In this document: one piece after another, positions 8,758 to 19,400 of the stretch
Position numbering within the stretch: the first letter of the stretch is position 1
Layout: every line of letters starts with the position of its first letter
Assembly: GCF_000196355.1 (NCBI RefSeq)
Contig: NC_007614.1
Location: 2,940,001 to 2,972,000 of the forward strand
DNA length: 32,000 bases
From: Nitrosospira multiformis ATCC 25196
Lineage (GTDB): Bacteria > Pseudomonadota > Gammaproteobacteria > Burkholderiales > Nitrosomonadaceae
Direction: 5' to 3'
Notes under the pieces: generated by a model
Databases searched by the model: none
Seen by the model: the letters and a program-made list of their open reading frames with translations, nothing else
What the model was told of the DNA's origin: nothing
Program-made: the position numbers and the translations under genes

Positions 8758-8786
8758 TAACTATGAACTGTGAAACAGGAGAGAGC

Positions 8787-9104
8787 ATGGCCTCGGAAAA
8801 TTTCAAGAGCAACCTGATCGTCGGCTTGATTGCTGGCGTTGGCGCCAGCCTGCTCGCGCCGGTGCTGCGTCCGCTCCTGACCGATGCCTCCCGGTCGCTT
8901 ACCAAAGCAACCATCAAGGGCAGCATCCGTCTTTACGAAAAGGGGCGGGAATCATTCGCGGAGTTGGGCGAAACAGTGGATGACCTGATGGCCGAGGTCA
9001 GAGCAGAGATGGAAACCGGCGGGGAGGGAAGCGCGGCGGCGGGTTCGGGAACGGAGACCCCCGATGCGCAAGGAAGGATCAAGTCCCCCCAGATTCGGAA
9101 ATGA
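8787..9104 (+). CDS. Small membrane-anchored protein, DUF5132-like
   Basis: The translation is MASENFKSNLIVGLIAGVGASLLAPVLRPLL...KATIKGSIRLYEKGRESFAELGETVDDLMAEVRAEME. It has one N-terminal TM helix followed by the 'AKAAIKGGI.LYEKGRE..AELGE...DL.AEARAE' pattern that I remember for DUF5132. An AGGAGA Shine-Dalgarno lies at 8778-8783. The ORF track starts it 24 nt earlier, at 8763. Confidence 0.6.
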   Translation: MASENFKSNLIVGLIAGVGASLLAPVLRPLLTDASRSLTKATIKGSIRLYEKGRESFAELGETVDDLMAEVRAEMETGGEGSAAAGSGTETPDAQGRIKSPQIRK

Positions 9105-9292
9105 TGAATAGCGTTTCCGAAACGCTCGCCAAATAAAAATCTGTTGCGGGACTGGGGAGAGACAAGAGGTAGCGAGAGTCCAGGCAAGAGACTTGCGGGC
9201 AAGCATAAAAAGCAGCAGAACGGGAGAAGCAGAAGGAAGCATTTATGATCGTCATGCATGCAATTTGTAACCCTGCCTAGGAGGAATTTGAA

Positions 9293-9940
9293 ATGAATAC
9301 GTCGAAATCAGATAAGCACCCTGGGGATAAACCGCGCCCCGATGAAAAAAAGCGGACGCATATGGAAATACCCAGAGATGAAGAACCCCCGCACAGCACG
9401 AAGGAGGAAGAAAGATATACCGAGGCGGGCACGCCGCCCAGAGATGAAACCTATCGCCCCTCTGAAAGGTATGTCCGCGGAGAGGATAGGTATGTCGATA
9501 CGACGCCTCCTTATCGTTCTGATGCTGGCCGTGCAGCGGAAGACATAGGCAATACCGTAAAGACCGGCATTGGCGGCAGCTTAAGAGGCATCGATGAAAT
9601 TGAATCGGACGTCGTCAATCTGGTCCGCAATACGATCTCCAATACATTGCGGGCGACGGGCGCGGTTGGTACGGAAGCCGTCGATGTCACAAGGACAACG
9701 GTAAACGCGGCAGCCCAGGGAATAGCCGAAATCGGCACGACCGCTGTCACGAGCGTGCGTGACATTCTTGTCAGCGTCGTGGAGGGCATAAAGGACGTGG
9801 CGGGTGCGGCAGTGCCGCGCACTCCTTATCGCACGGAAGACCGCATTCCGCCGGAAGACCGCGTGCCTCCGGAATATACTCCTCCCCCCGGCCGTCCCCG
9901 GCCGTCAGAGTATGTTCCAGACAACAACAGGCGGGTTTAA
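9293..9940 (+). CDS. Hypothetical protein with a helical Ala/Val/Thr-rich core flanked by Pro/Tyr/Arg/Glu-rich low-complexity arms
   Basis: The 215-aa ORF has a good AGGAGGA Shine-Dalgarno (taggaggaatttgaaATG). The flanks carry recurring PRDE / EDR / PPxY-type motifs (PRDEEPP, PPRDETYRPSERYVRGEDRYVDTTPPYR; PYRTEDRIPPEDRVPPEYTPPPGRPRPSEY). The core is DIGNTVKTGIGGSLRGIDEIESDVVNLVRNTISNTLRATGAVGTEAVDVTRTTVNAAAQGIAEIGTTAVTSVRDILVSVVEGIKDV. I recognised no family. Confidence 0.55.
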   Translation: MNTSKSDKHPGDKPRPDEKKRTHMEIPRDEEPPHSTKEEERYTEAGTPPRDETYRPSERYVRGEDRYVDTTPPYRSDAGRAAEDIGNTVKTGIGGSLRGIDEIESDVVNLVRNTISNTLRATGAVGTEAVDVTRTTVNAAAQGIAEIGTTAVTSVRDILVSVVEGIKDVAGAAVPRTPYRTEDRIPPEDRVPPEYTPPPGRPRPSEYVPDNNRRV

Positions 9941-9949
9941 CCCTGCGAG

Positions 9950-9980
9950 GCCAGGGCGCCGGGCGCTCTGGCTCTCTTCA
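9950..9980 (+). terminator. Rho-independent terminator after the 215-aa ORF
   Basis: GCCAGGGCGC-cgg-GCGCTCTGGC forms a 10-bp stem (one G:U pair) with a 3-nt loop, spanning 9950-9972. T-rich sequence (TCTCTTCATAT) follows. It begins 10 nt after the stop codon. Confidence 0.65.
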
Positions 9981-10047
9981 TATCCATCATCCAGCCCTCG
10001 GCTTCGCTCCAAAAACACAACTACACGACTCGTCCGCAGAAGTAATT

Positions 10048-10242
10048 TCACGCCGGGGGTTTCCCGACCTTGCGCAATATGTCACGCACTTTCTTGCTTG
10101 CCAGCAAGGTGAGGAAGCTCTGGATTCGAGCCTCCGAACGCAGGCTTGAGATCACACCAGCATAAATTCTTTTTACCTTTTCCGCAGGATGCCTTGTTTT
10201 CTGCGCCAGTTGGTCGATAGCGTAAAGATCCTCGGATGCCAA
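10048..10242 (-). CDS. Small DUF3562-like protein (64 aa), possibly with a disrupted 5' end
   Basis: LYAIDQLAQKTRHPAEKVKRIYAGVISSLRSEARIQSFLTLLASKKVRDILRK matches the remembered DUF3562 pattern (IA..t....e.V........L...ARI.df...LA.rkVre.L). As drawn, the frame starts at a TTG with no Shine-Dalgarno (see the frameshift finding). Confidence 0.45.
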   Translation of the reverse strand: MASEDLYAIDQLAQKTRHPAEKVKRIYAGVISSLRSEARIQSFLTLLASKKVRDILRKVGKPPA

Positions 10243-10316
10243 GGCACGCGATCAGTAGTGGCCATGAAATCTTCTTCCATCATCGGCTCCCCGGTTACCC
10301 TAAAGCCAGGATATTC

Positions 10317-10334
10317 AAAATGCGCTTTTGCGCA
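10317..10334 (-). terminator. Candidate intrinsic terminator downstream of tpsA
   Basis: On the minus strand the sequence reads TGCGC-aaaa-GCGCA followed by TTTT. The stem is only 5 bp. It lies about 155 nt after the tpsA stop and before the SD/ATG at 10290-10281. Confidence 0.35.
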
Positions 10335-10487
10335 GCCTATTGAGGCGATCCTGGATTCTTTATAGGCCCCGAGCAATTACAGTTGCAAGCTCATGCTGAA
10401 AGAATAAAAGACAATTTCTGCCGGGTATCGGGCAATAACTGCTAATCTTCCCATGTTCGGATCAGACAAGCCGTCGAGAGCAATCCA

Positions 10488-13400
10488 TCATTCCCCATGC
10501 CCGATCACCTCGGTCGAGATAAAGGTGGGCTTGAGTTTCCTCATCTCATCGGATGTCCGTGCCGCTTCCGACAGATTTTGCGACACGGCAGCCGTGGCCT
10601 TGGAAACGTCGTCCCCCTGCTGGGTAGCGCCGGAGGTAGTGGCTGTGACTGCGCTCGCATCGGCTACCGGCGTGCCGGTGGAGGTGCCCGCCACAGCGAT
10701 ATTATCCGCGCCCAGCACGACCTGTGCTGCAATATTGAGGTTATTGGCGCGAATGCCGGCATCCCCCGCGTTCACCGTCCCCCTGGGGGCGATCAGATCG
10801 ATGTCGCCTGCCTTGACTCCTCCGCTTGAGAGCGCGCCAATTCCGCTACCGGAAGCGGCGCCTTGCAGTTCCTGGGTTACGTTACCCTGGGCATCCACCT
10901 TGATGACCGGCGGCGGCACGGCAGTCGCCGTCTTCTTGCCCTTGCCGGCATCGATATCCCCTTCACTCGACCACAGCAGGACATCGCCACCTCCTACCGT
11001 CAGGATGCGTGACTGATTGACGAGAATGTGGTCGCGGGCAAATCCGCGCACATTGCCTTTTGCCACCGTCAGCATGCCCAGGACATCATTGCCCGTATTG
11101 ACCAGTACTTCCGGCGTATTGCCGAGGCCGACGACCACTCCTCCACCCGGAACCATGAACTCGATATTTCCCCCGCGCTCGGTCTTGATGCGGCTGGCAA
11201 ACAGGTTGATTTCTCCCTGATAATTCTTGAAGCTTCCATCCTCATTTTTCTCGCGCACACCGGGAAACACCCGCTCCAGCGCCGCATAGCCGCGCTCATA
11301 GTTTCCAGCATAGGCGCTATTCGGATTATTGAAGTCGCGGCCGGTGGTACGCAGTGCGGAATAGACCATCTCGCGCACCAGGATGCGCTGGGTATCCGCA
11401 TCCAGAGCGCGCACATCCCTGACTGCCTGGAGCGCACCGGCGCCATCCAGCTCGTTGTTGCCTACCAGCCAGCGCGCCTGCCACAGAAGGATATCGTCCG
11501 GACTCCCGTCCGTTTTTTCCAGATCGGCGATCAAGCGGTCGATGGTACCGGTGTAATCGATTCCCTTCGCACCCACTCCTGCCGCAACATCAATATCGAC
11601 CCCTCCTGCCGGTAATTCAGCATTGTCGAGGTCTCCCCGGCTGACGATCCCCGCGGAGGTGGCAAGATCAATATTGCGTCCGGCTGCCACCTCCAGCCGC
11701 CCCAGACCCCCGACCCAGATTTTTGCCAGGCCGGCGCGGTCGTTACCTGCGGTAAAAGCGATATCCCGGCCCGCTGTCACACGGCTGACGTCCGAAGGGT
11801 TGGCATGCTGCGCCAGAATGCCAACATCGCGCACGTCCTGCCCGGCGCGCAGCCAGAATGCCTTGGACAGGTCCAGGGAAAGTTCGAAAGGATTGCCCTT
11901 GACATCCCCGGCTACCGCGTAAACGCGCGCTGGTTGGGTATCACCCGTGTGAACGGGAACAGCAGCATGAACAAGATCGAGGTCAGCAGCGCTCACCGCC
12001 GTATTCGGAAACTGGCTGGATTCCCTGCCTGGGCGGATTGCGCCGGGAATCAGCGCGGGGTCCCTGTCACTCATGGATACGACAGTCGGAATGCTGATTG
12101 AATTTGCAGCCAGCAACGTGAGCTGACCATCGGCGGCCGGACTCAGGACGAAGTCATCCACGGCGCCCAGCGCGATATTGCTGCGAAACGCGGTAATGGA
12201 AAGGCTGGGTGGCAGGAGGGAAAGCAGAGCCGGTTTGTAGCTTCCCGAACTGATGTTGAAGTTGAGCGGCGCCCTATATGCACTCTGTATATTTGCGCCT
12301 GCTCCTCCGCCGTTCTGGAGCGCCACGTTGCCATACAGGCTCTGCAGGCTCGCGCCGCTGCGCGGGCTATAGGTGGAAAACAGGCTCCAGGTCGGGCTGG
12401 TTACATTTCTGATGTTGAATGCCGTACTGTTGCCGGATGACTGGACCACCAGGTGCGGATTCAATACGGTCTGGATGTTGACATCCTCCCGTGCCTGAAC
12501 CCTCGCCTGCGCGTCACCCACAGCCACGATGGTGTAGAGCGGACTGCCATTCACGTTCTGTCCGCTGTCCACCTTGCCGTCGGCCTTCAGCTCCAGAGCC
12601 CCCCGGTCTGCATAATACTGTCCACCCAGTAAGTTCGCTCCGGCCTCCACTTGCACATCGCCGCCACCGGTCTTGAATAATTTGGCTGCATCCGGGCTCA
12701 TGGCTGTCATACGCGCCTGCGTGGGCGCACTGGCCGAAACATTCTCGATATTGCCACCGGCAGTCAGCGTGACGTTACCGCCTCCCAGGGCGCCAACGCC
12801 TTGCTGGAACTGGTCGAAACGCACCCACCAGGCAGGCTGGAGCGTATATGCGCCGGTTGAATCATTCAACCGGCCCTGCCGGAACAACCAATTGGAGTAG
12901 AGCTGCGCCGAGGGTGTCCCGACTATATTACCCAAGGCTACCAGGCTGACATTACCGCCATCCTGGCTGAACTGAGCATTTGCAGGCGTGACAAAGTCAT
13001 CAGCCGGATCGGCTGTGCGTCCGCTCGTATAGATGACCGATTTGCCGTCGGCGAGTTTGATATCCCCTCCCGCCGCAATGCAGATATCCCCCGTGCCCGT
13101 GCGCACAAGCTTGCCCGCCGCCAGGGTAACATCACCTCCCTCGGCCTTGACTGCCATGGGATCGGCTGCGCCGGTATCCGCCCCCCCAACCAGCCGGTAA
13201 CTCCAGGAATCTCCGACCAGCAGCGTGGCAGGGGTGGTTCCGCTGCTGAATGGTGTCGCTGCGTTGAAACCATCGGAGAGATTGCTGTTCAGCTTAAGAT
13301 CCCCCCCTGCCCGCAAGGTGAGCATGCCGGGTTCGCCCTCAGCGCGGCTGGTTCCAAGATTCCAGTCATTGGCAAGCGTGAGATCGCCTGTCGAACGTAT

Positions 13401-16400
13401 CTCTACGCCGGGACGCAAATGAAAGCTGCTCTCGCCCGTTTTGCCCAGACGCGCCATAATTGTTCCGGCATGGGACGCAAAGCTGGTATTGTCGGCGTTG
13501 ACAGTAGCCAGGCTCAATGTGGGACCGCTGCCGCCGCTTTCTCCACTCTCATCGCTGGCGGTAAGCGCATCGATGCCATCATAGATTTTGACTGCCTCGA
13601 TTACTACCGATTTAGCGCCGTTGATACTGCTGTTTATATTGTCCACGGCGACTTCGTTACCCGCGCCACTCCCCAGACGGGGCGCGCGCAGGAGGATTCT
13701 GCCACCCTCTCCACCATGCCCGCTATTGTGGCCATGCACGTCGATCATGCTGCCCTCAGCCAGGTTCAACCCGCCTTCGGCGGTGCCGATACCGACTTCA
13801 CCGCCGTTTTTTCCATTGCCGGTGGAATAGGCGTCGAGCTTCGTGCCCGCCAGCACGTTGACGTCATTCCTTGCATAAAGATTGATGCGGCCCGCATCAT
13901 TACCCGATACGTCGATATGCCCAGCCAGGTCGAGCTTGCCATCGTCCACGGCAATCTGGACTTCTCTTGCCCTAACCGTATCGGATGCGGAGAGGCTGAC
14001 ATCGCCCGTACGAACACGGAATGTTCTCGCTCCGTCGAATACCCCCTGATTGAGAGCCGTGTTAAGCGTGGAGAAATCCGCCAGCGCTGCCACATCCAGA
14101 TCAAAACCCGCACCATTGCCTCTTTTGCCACTTGTATCTGCCATAGCGGAGCCCTGCAGGCTGCCTGCAGCAATCGCCGCGGTGCCATTGCCTGCGCGCA
14201 CGATCACCTTGCCTGCGTCTCCACCGGATGCGGCAGAAACGTTCACCTGCGCCCCAGGCTGCACCACCACGTTGCCCTCTTCACTTGCCAGTTCAACGAC
14301 GCCGCCGGGCGAGGCGCGCTCTACATCGAAGAACGCCACCAAGCGACCCGCCGCATTCGCCACTGCATTTGCACCCAGTTCAAGATTGCCCGTAGTTGCT
14401 GCGAGTTTAAGCTGTCCCGAAGGCAGATCAGCCTCCGTATCGAACATCACCTCGGTGCCCGAGAGCATCCACTTCGCTCCCAGCGTATTTTCGTCCGCGA
14501 GCGCACGATCTGCTTCCTTTCTGAAAGCATCGAGTTTGCCCGCTGCAGCCAGAGTCTGGCTGGCGCCTTGCTCGCCACGGATTCTTGCCACATCCAGTCT
14601 TGTATCAACGGCGGCAATATCGGCCCTGCCGGAACCGCGTCCAACCATTTCATTCGCTCTGATAGCGACCTGGGAGAATCCTTCGACAGATTTGGCGCCT
14701 TCACCCAGTATCAAGGTGTTGGCCTGTATTGCCAGCGACCCATTGCCGGATGTTCCGCCCATCGTAAACGCTGCAGCCGCAGGATTGGCGATGAGTATAT
14801 TGGTCGCGCGCAGGGTAGCGGTTTTACCGCTGTTATTCAGCCCGGCCAATCCCGCGCCCAGCAGATTCAAGGCCTGCTGCGTAGGCTTGCCCTCGGCGTT
14901 CACGCCACCCACGCTCACGTCGCCATAAAGATCAAAAGTGGAATAACTCGTCAGCGTCAGCGAATTAAGGTTGTTCAGGCCATCAAGTTCACTCTGGCTG
15001 AGAGTCAGGCCTTCGGAACCTGAGGGAGCATTGCCGAAGTTGACACGCGCGGCGCCGATCGTCAGGTTTCCGGCGATCGGATTATTCTGACGGTCAGCAA
15101 AAACGGGCGTACCTGCGAAAGTGTTCTGCCTGGTGGCATCGAGCGTGATTGAATTTCCAGATCGGATAACACTGCCTGCTTCACCGATCAGCGTTCCCTG
15201 ACTCCGATCAGGTCCGCCGCTGCGAGAAAATGGTGCAAAAGTGGAGGCTGATCGTACCAGCGCTCCGTTACCGGCTGTATTGTAGCCACCGTCCCCGCTG
15301 GCGGCCTCACCGCCTTGAGTCTCGATGACACTGCCCGATTTCAGGATAAGTGAATCCTTTGCCGCCAGAATGACTTCATCCCCCTTCAGCGCGTGATTGA
15401 CGTCATTGGCCAGTGTTACCTCTTCAGCGCCCACGAGCAGCGTAGTGCCATCGCTTGCGGTGTCGCCGCGGCTGCGTGTGCCGCCGATGAGCAGACTTGA
15501 TGCACCCAGAGCATTGAGCGCACTCGCGGAAATTCGTGTAGCCAGCGGATCGACTCCGCCTGGTCCCGAAGACGTATCGCTGGTGATTGCAATTCGGGGA
15601 GCACTGATGTCTACTGCGGCGCCTCGCCCTCCAGTGCCTGCAGCCAGTTTGAAAACGGCATCCAGCTTGAGATTGCCGGTAGTATTCATGGAAAGGAGGC
15701 CGGCATCCTGAGGCCGACTGTTACTGGTCGTAAAAAAATCCGAGGCGCGCGTAAGCGTGATTTCCGATCGTTGCATGACCTGTTCGCGGCTGAGTATTTC
15801 AAAACCACTCCAGACTGCATCACGCGGGGTTCCCGCCCAATCGCGAGCCCGGCTGTCGGTGACGTAGCCCGGCACGACCTGTGTCCCATCCTGCTTGCTG
15901 TACGCTTGCCCCGGCAGCAGATTATGCACGCCGGTGTCGAGTCTTATGGCATAGGCCCCCGGCAGCAAGGCATAGTGCGCTGGAAGCAGTGTGTAAACTC
16001 CTGCCGGCAGCCCCGATACACCGGAGAGATAAACCGCATCTCCCATCCCGCGGTCGAAACCGGTATTCTCCTGTCTGTCGCCCGGCGCAAATCCGCTCGT
16101 ATAGCCGGGCAGAATGGCATAGATGCCGTCATCCCCGAGAATATCACGCGATCCCCCGGGCCCCACGCTGAACTCGTAAGCCTGCAAGGCTCCTCCACCT
16201 GCCAGATCGACTACCGCTCCTGCCCGCATATCGATATTCGCTGCCTGCACCCGAACTGATTTTTCTGGTAACGCAAGCTGCGGAATCTCGAAGGCCTCCG
16301 GCTTATAAAGCCAGCTTCGGCCATTCGCGAGCACGCCAAACGGGGTGAGGGTGCCGGATCCGGCAGCAACCGAAGTCAGGCTGCCATCCTTGAATGTAAG

Positions 16401-19400
16401 CGTATCGGTCGCGCTGAAGGTCAACTGGCCGAACGGGGCCCATATATTGCCTCCCTGTACGATATTTGCGGCTGTTACCGTCAGGCTGCCGAGCGCGGAA
16501 AGGGGCTGTATCGGGTGCGTTGCATTGCTGCCGAATGCCACCGTTCGATCCGGCGCCAGGATACTGATCTGGCTATAAGTTGAGGGGGCGATGACGGCGC
16601 CACTGAAAGCCAGGTCTGCTGCACTTGAAAGCGTGCCTGCCGGACGCGGCGAGCCGCCACTGCTTATACCCGAAAACCTTATCTCCTGAGCACCGGTGAA
16701 TTCCGCACGTGACATTCCGCTGAGCGTCAGGTTGCCCGCCAGTTCCAGCAACTGGGCCTCCGCCTTGAACCCACCGGTGCCGGCAATCGGCGTATTGGCC
16801 ACATCCACGCGATTGGCATCGAAATTGCCAAGCCGCAAGGCTTCTGCTTTCAGTGCAGCTTCGCCTCCTGCCATTTCAATGCGTGGTGTGTCCAGCACCA
16901 TTTCTTTCAACGGCAACAGGCGATTGGCGCCGAGACTCAGGTCATCTTCCAGCCGGATGGCATCCCGGCTTTTCAGGGCGATACGGTCAAACCCTGCTGC
17001 TTCGAGTGCCACGGCGCCTATCGTGGCTTTCCCGTTAAGTCCAGCCGGAATAATGGATCCGGGAGCGAGGCCTGCCGTCTGCGACGTTCCTGTCGGCCCC
17101 AGACTCAATACGCGCTCTCCGAGCGGAAAACCTTTATTCTGGGCATCGTCCACATCCAGAAGTCCCAGAACGACATCAAGTGCCCCCGCACGATTTGACG
17201 CGCCACCCGGCTGCGCCGTAATGCTGCCCTCGAGCAGCATGCCTTCACGCGCAATGACGCTCAGTCTTCCTGCATCGCTGCCTACCCATTGCCCCAGGCC
17301 CCCGGCCTGGTTCTGGATATCCAGGTGGACGGGCGCAGCCCCCGCCAGATTGATATGAGACCCGGGCTCGGCCACGATATGTCCGAACTGCGCGTTCAGC
17401 GTCACTGACCCGCCGTTCAGCACCTCGCCCTGGGTGAGGCGCTGACTGTCGAGGTACGTAAGAGCCTTGCCGGATACATCGAGTAACGCCTGCTTGCCCA
17501 GCCAGAGACTGTTGCTTGCATTGAAGTTGAAGCTGTGGCTATGATCGAGCGTTGCCGTGATGCTGCCACCGGGCGCGGTGATACGCCCTTGTATGTTCAT
17601 CGAACGCGCTGCTGCCAGCGTGATTTTTGCTCCGGGATCCGCCTCGATATGCGCGCCCACTCCGATTGCCACATCGGCTGCGCCTCGCTCGTCGGGATTT
17701 TCTGCCGTAAGGCTCAAGCTGACCGGCTCGCGCACGAGATCATCGAGTTTGACTGGGCGCGTAAAATCTTCCATTCTGCTGCCGCTTGGTCTCAGGCTGT
17801 AGTCAGGTTGCAATTCGAGGCTGAGGACGGCGGGTTTGATCTTCACACCCTCGGATAACGCGACGCTCTCATTCCCTGTCAGATTGATATCGCCAAACCC
17901 GCCCCGCTCGAAAAACCCGGGATCGAGATTGACCGTACCGGCCGTACCATCCGGCATGCCGCCAATCTGGATTCTATTGCTCGCAACCGAGAAAGTGCCG
18001 CCTTTGCCAACCCCGTAACCGCGCACATTATCAGCCAGACCGGAAACGGCATTGCCGGACAGACTGATGTCACCCCCGTTGCCGGCAATCACGCTGCCTC
18101 GACTATCCACCTTGAGCCTGCCGCCGCCAGTGACATCCAGCAGCGTATTTTTCCCGAGAGCAAGATCGTCAATAGCCGAGAGAGCTATCCTGCCGCCGTT
18201 TACCAGACCCACTTCGTCGGAGCCTGCAGGCACTCCACGCAATTCATTTACCCACGCACCGCGCGCGGATAGTGTGACTCCTTCGGTTACAACGAGATTC
18301 AGCGGACCGGATGAACGTCCTGGAAGATCGTTTCTGTTTGCATGAAGCATAATTGAGCCGGCTGGGGCGGCGATGTCCGCTTCGACCTTCACTCCCTGCC
18401 CCGTGATATGCACGCTGCCGCCTTGCGGCACCCGCAAAGCCTCACGCACTTCCGCTGCCTGATTACTGAAAATTTCCAGGTTGGCGACCTTGTCCCTGCC
18501 TAGCAGCGCGGGGTTGAGGCGCAGTTTATTGACGAGATCGGATGACAGCGTGTCGCCGAATTTGAAACTTCCCGGCAGCAAGGGTCCCTCGCTGCTCAGC
18601 TCGATCTGCTGGTTATGCTTGTAATCGAGACCGTTGATATTGTTCGCTACCGGATTACTGCCAAGAGTCAAGCGCGCCCCCTCCGGCATGATGCCCTTGT
18701 CGCGCTGTACCTCTCCCACGACCGTGCGCCCCTGCACGGCCCCCTGCATGACCACCGCGCGCAGGCCCATGACTTCCAGAGCGCCGGCATCCTTGCCTTC
18801 GGTATAACCGGGGTCATAGTTGAAGGTCTGACCGAGGTCGATTACTTCTTTCACGTTCCAGCGTCCGAAATCCTGCACGTAGCGGGTGGCGATGCCGTCA
18901 TAACGCACATCGGCCCGGGCATTCGCAATGTCGGTCAATACTCCCCGGGACATGAGCAAGGTCGTTTTCACGCTGGAAGGCGTGTAGCTCAAGCTACCAC
19001 CGGATATATCGATCACCGCGCCGGGAGCAATGATGGCTTCTCCCTGCGAGTTCACGCGCACCACGCCGCCCTCCGTGGATCTTTCCGCCACCGTACGCTC
19101 GAGACGCGCCTGGTAAGCTTGCAGGCTGTCTTTCGCGATCAGCGTGGGAGCGCCGGAGTCGGCGTTGGCCAGTGCGCGGTTGATGTCCACATAAACTTTC
19201 TGGCTGCGCAGCGGCCCGTCCCGGTTGACGGGAGAATCTTTCAGTTCATCTCCCCGCAATTCCACTTCCACCGCGTTTCGTGCCGTGGAAACTTTTACAT
19301 TTTCCAGTCCGGCGACATTGATAAGGGCACCGTTGTCAATGTGAATGCGGGCAGTATTGGAAGCAGGAGCATCGAATGCCTGCCTGAACGGATCGCCGGG

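Noticed and set aside
8561-8926. A 121-aa minus-strand ORF overlapping the start of the DUF5132-like gene.
   Set aside because: It has no ribosome-binding site and a low-complexity translation. It conflicts with a better-supported plus-strand gene that has a Shine-Dalgarno, a TM helix and a family pattern.
9110-9126. Stem-loop AGCGTTT-ccg-AAACGCT just after the DUF5132-like stop codon, considered as a possible terminator.
   Set aside because: There is no U-tract and the loop is only 3 nt. The downstream 215-aa gene is probably co-transcribed, so at most this is an intercistronic structure.
10488-11400. Possibility that the TpsA is a CdiA-type contact-dependent inhibition toxin, with the 64-aa downstream ORF acting as the immunity protein.
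   Set aside because: No VENN, ELYN or other pretoxin boundary motif is visible. The C-terminus is repeat-like and ends in a conserved-looking FISTEVIGHGE tail. The next ORF is about 245 nt away behind a terminator-like hairpin and resembles DUF3562 rather than an immunity protein.
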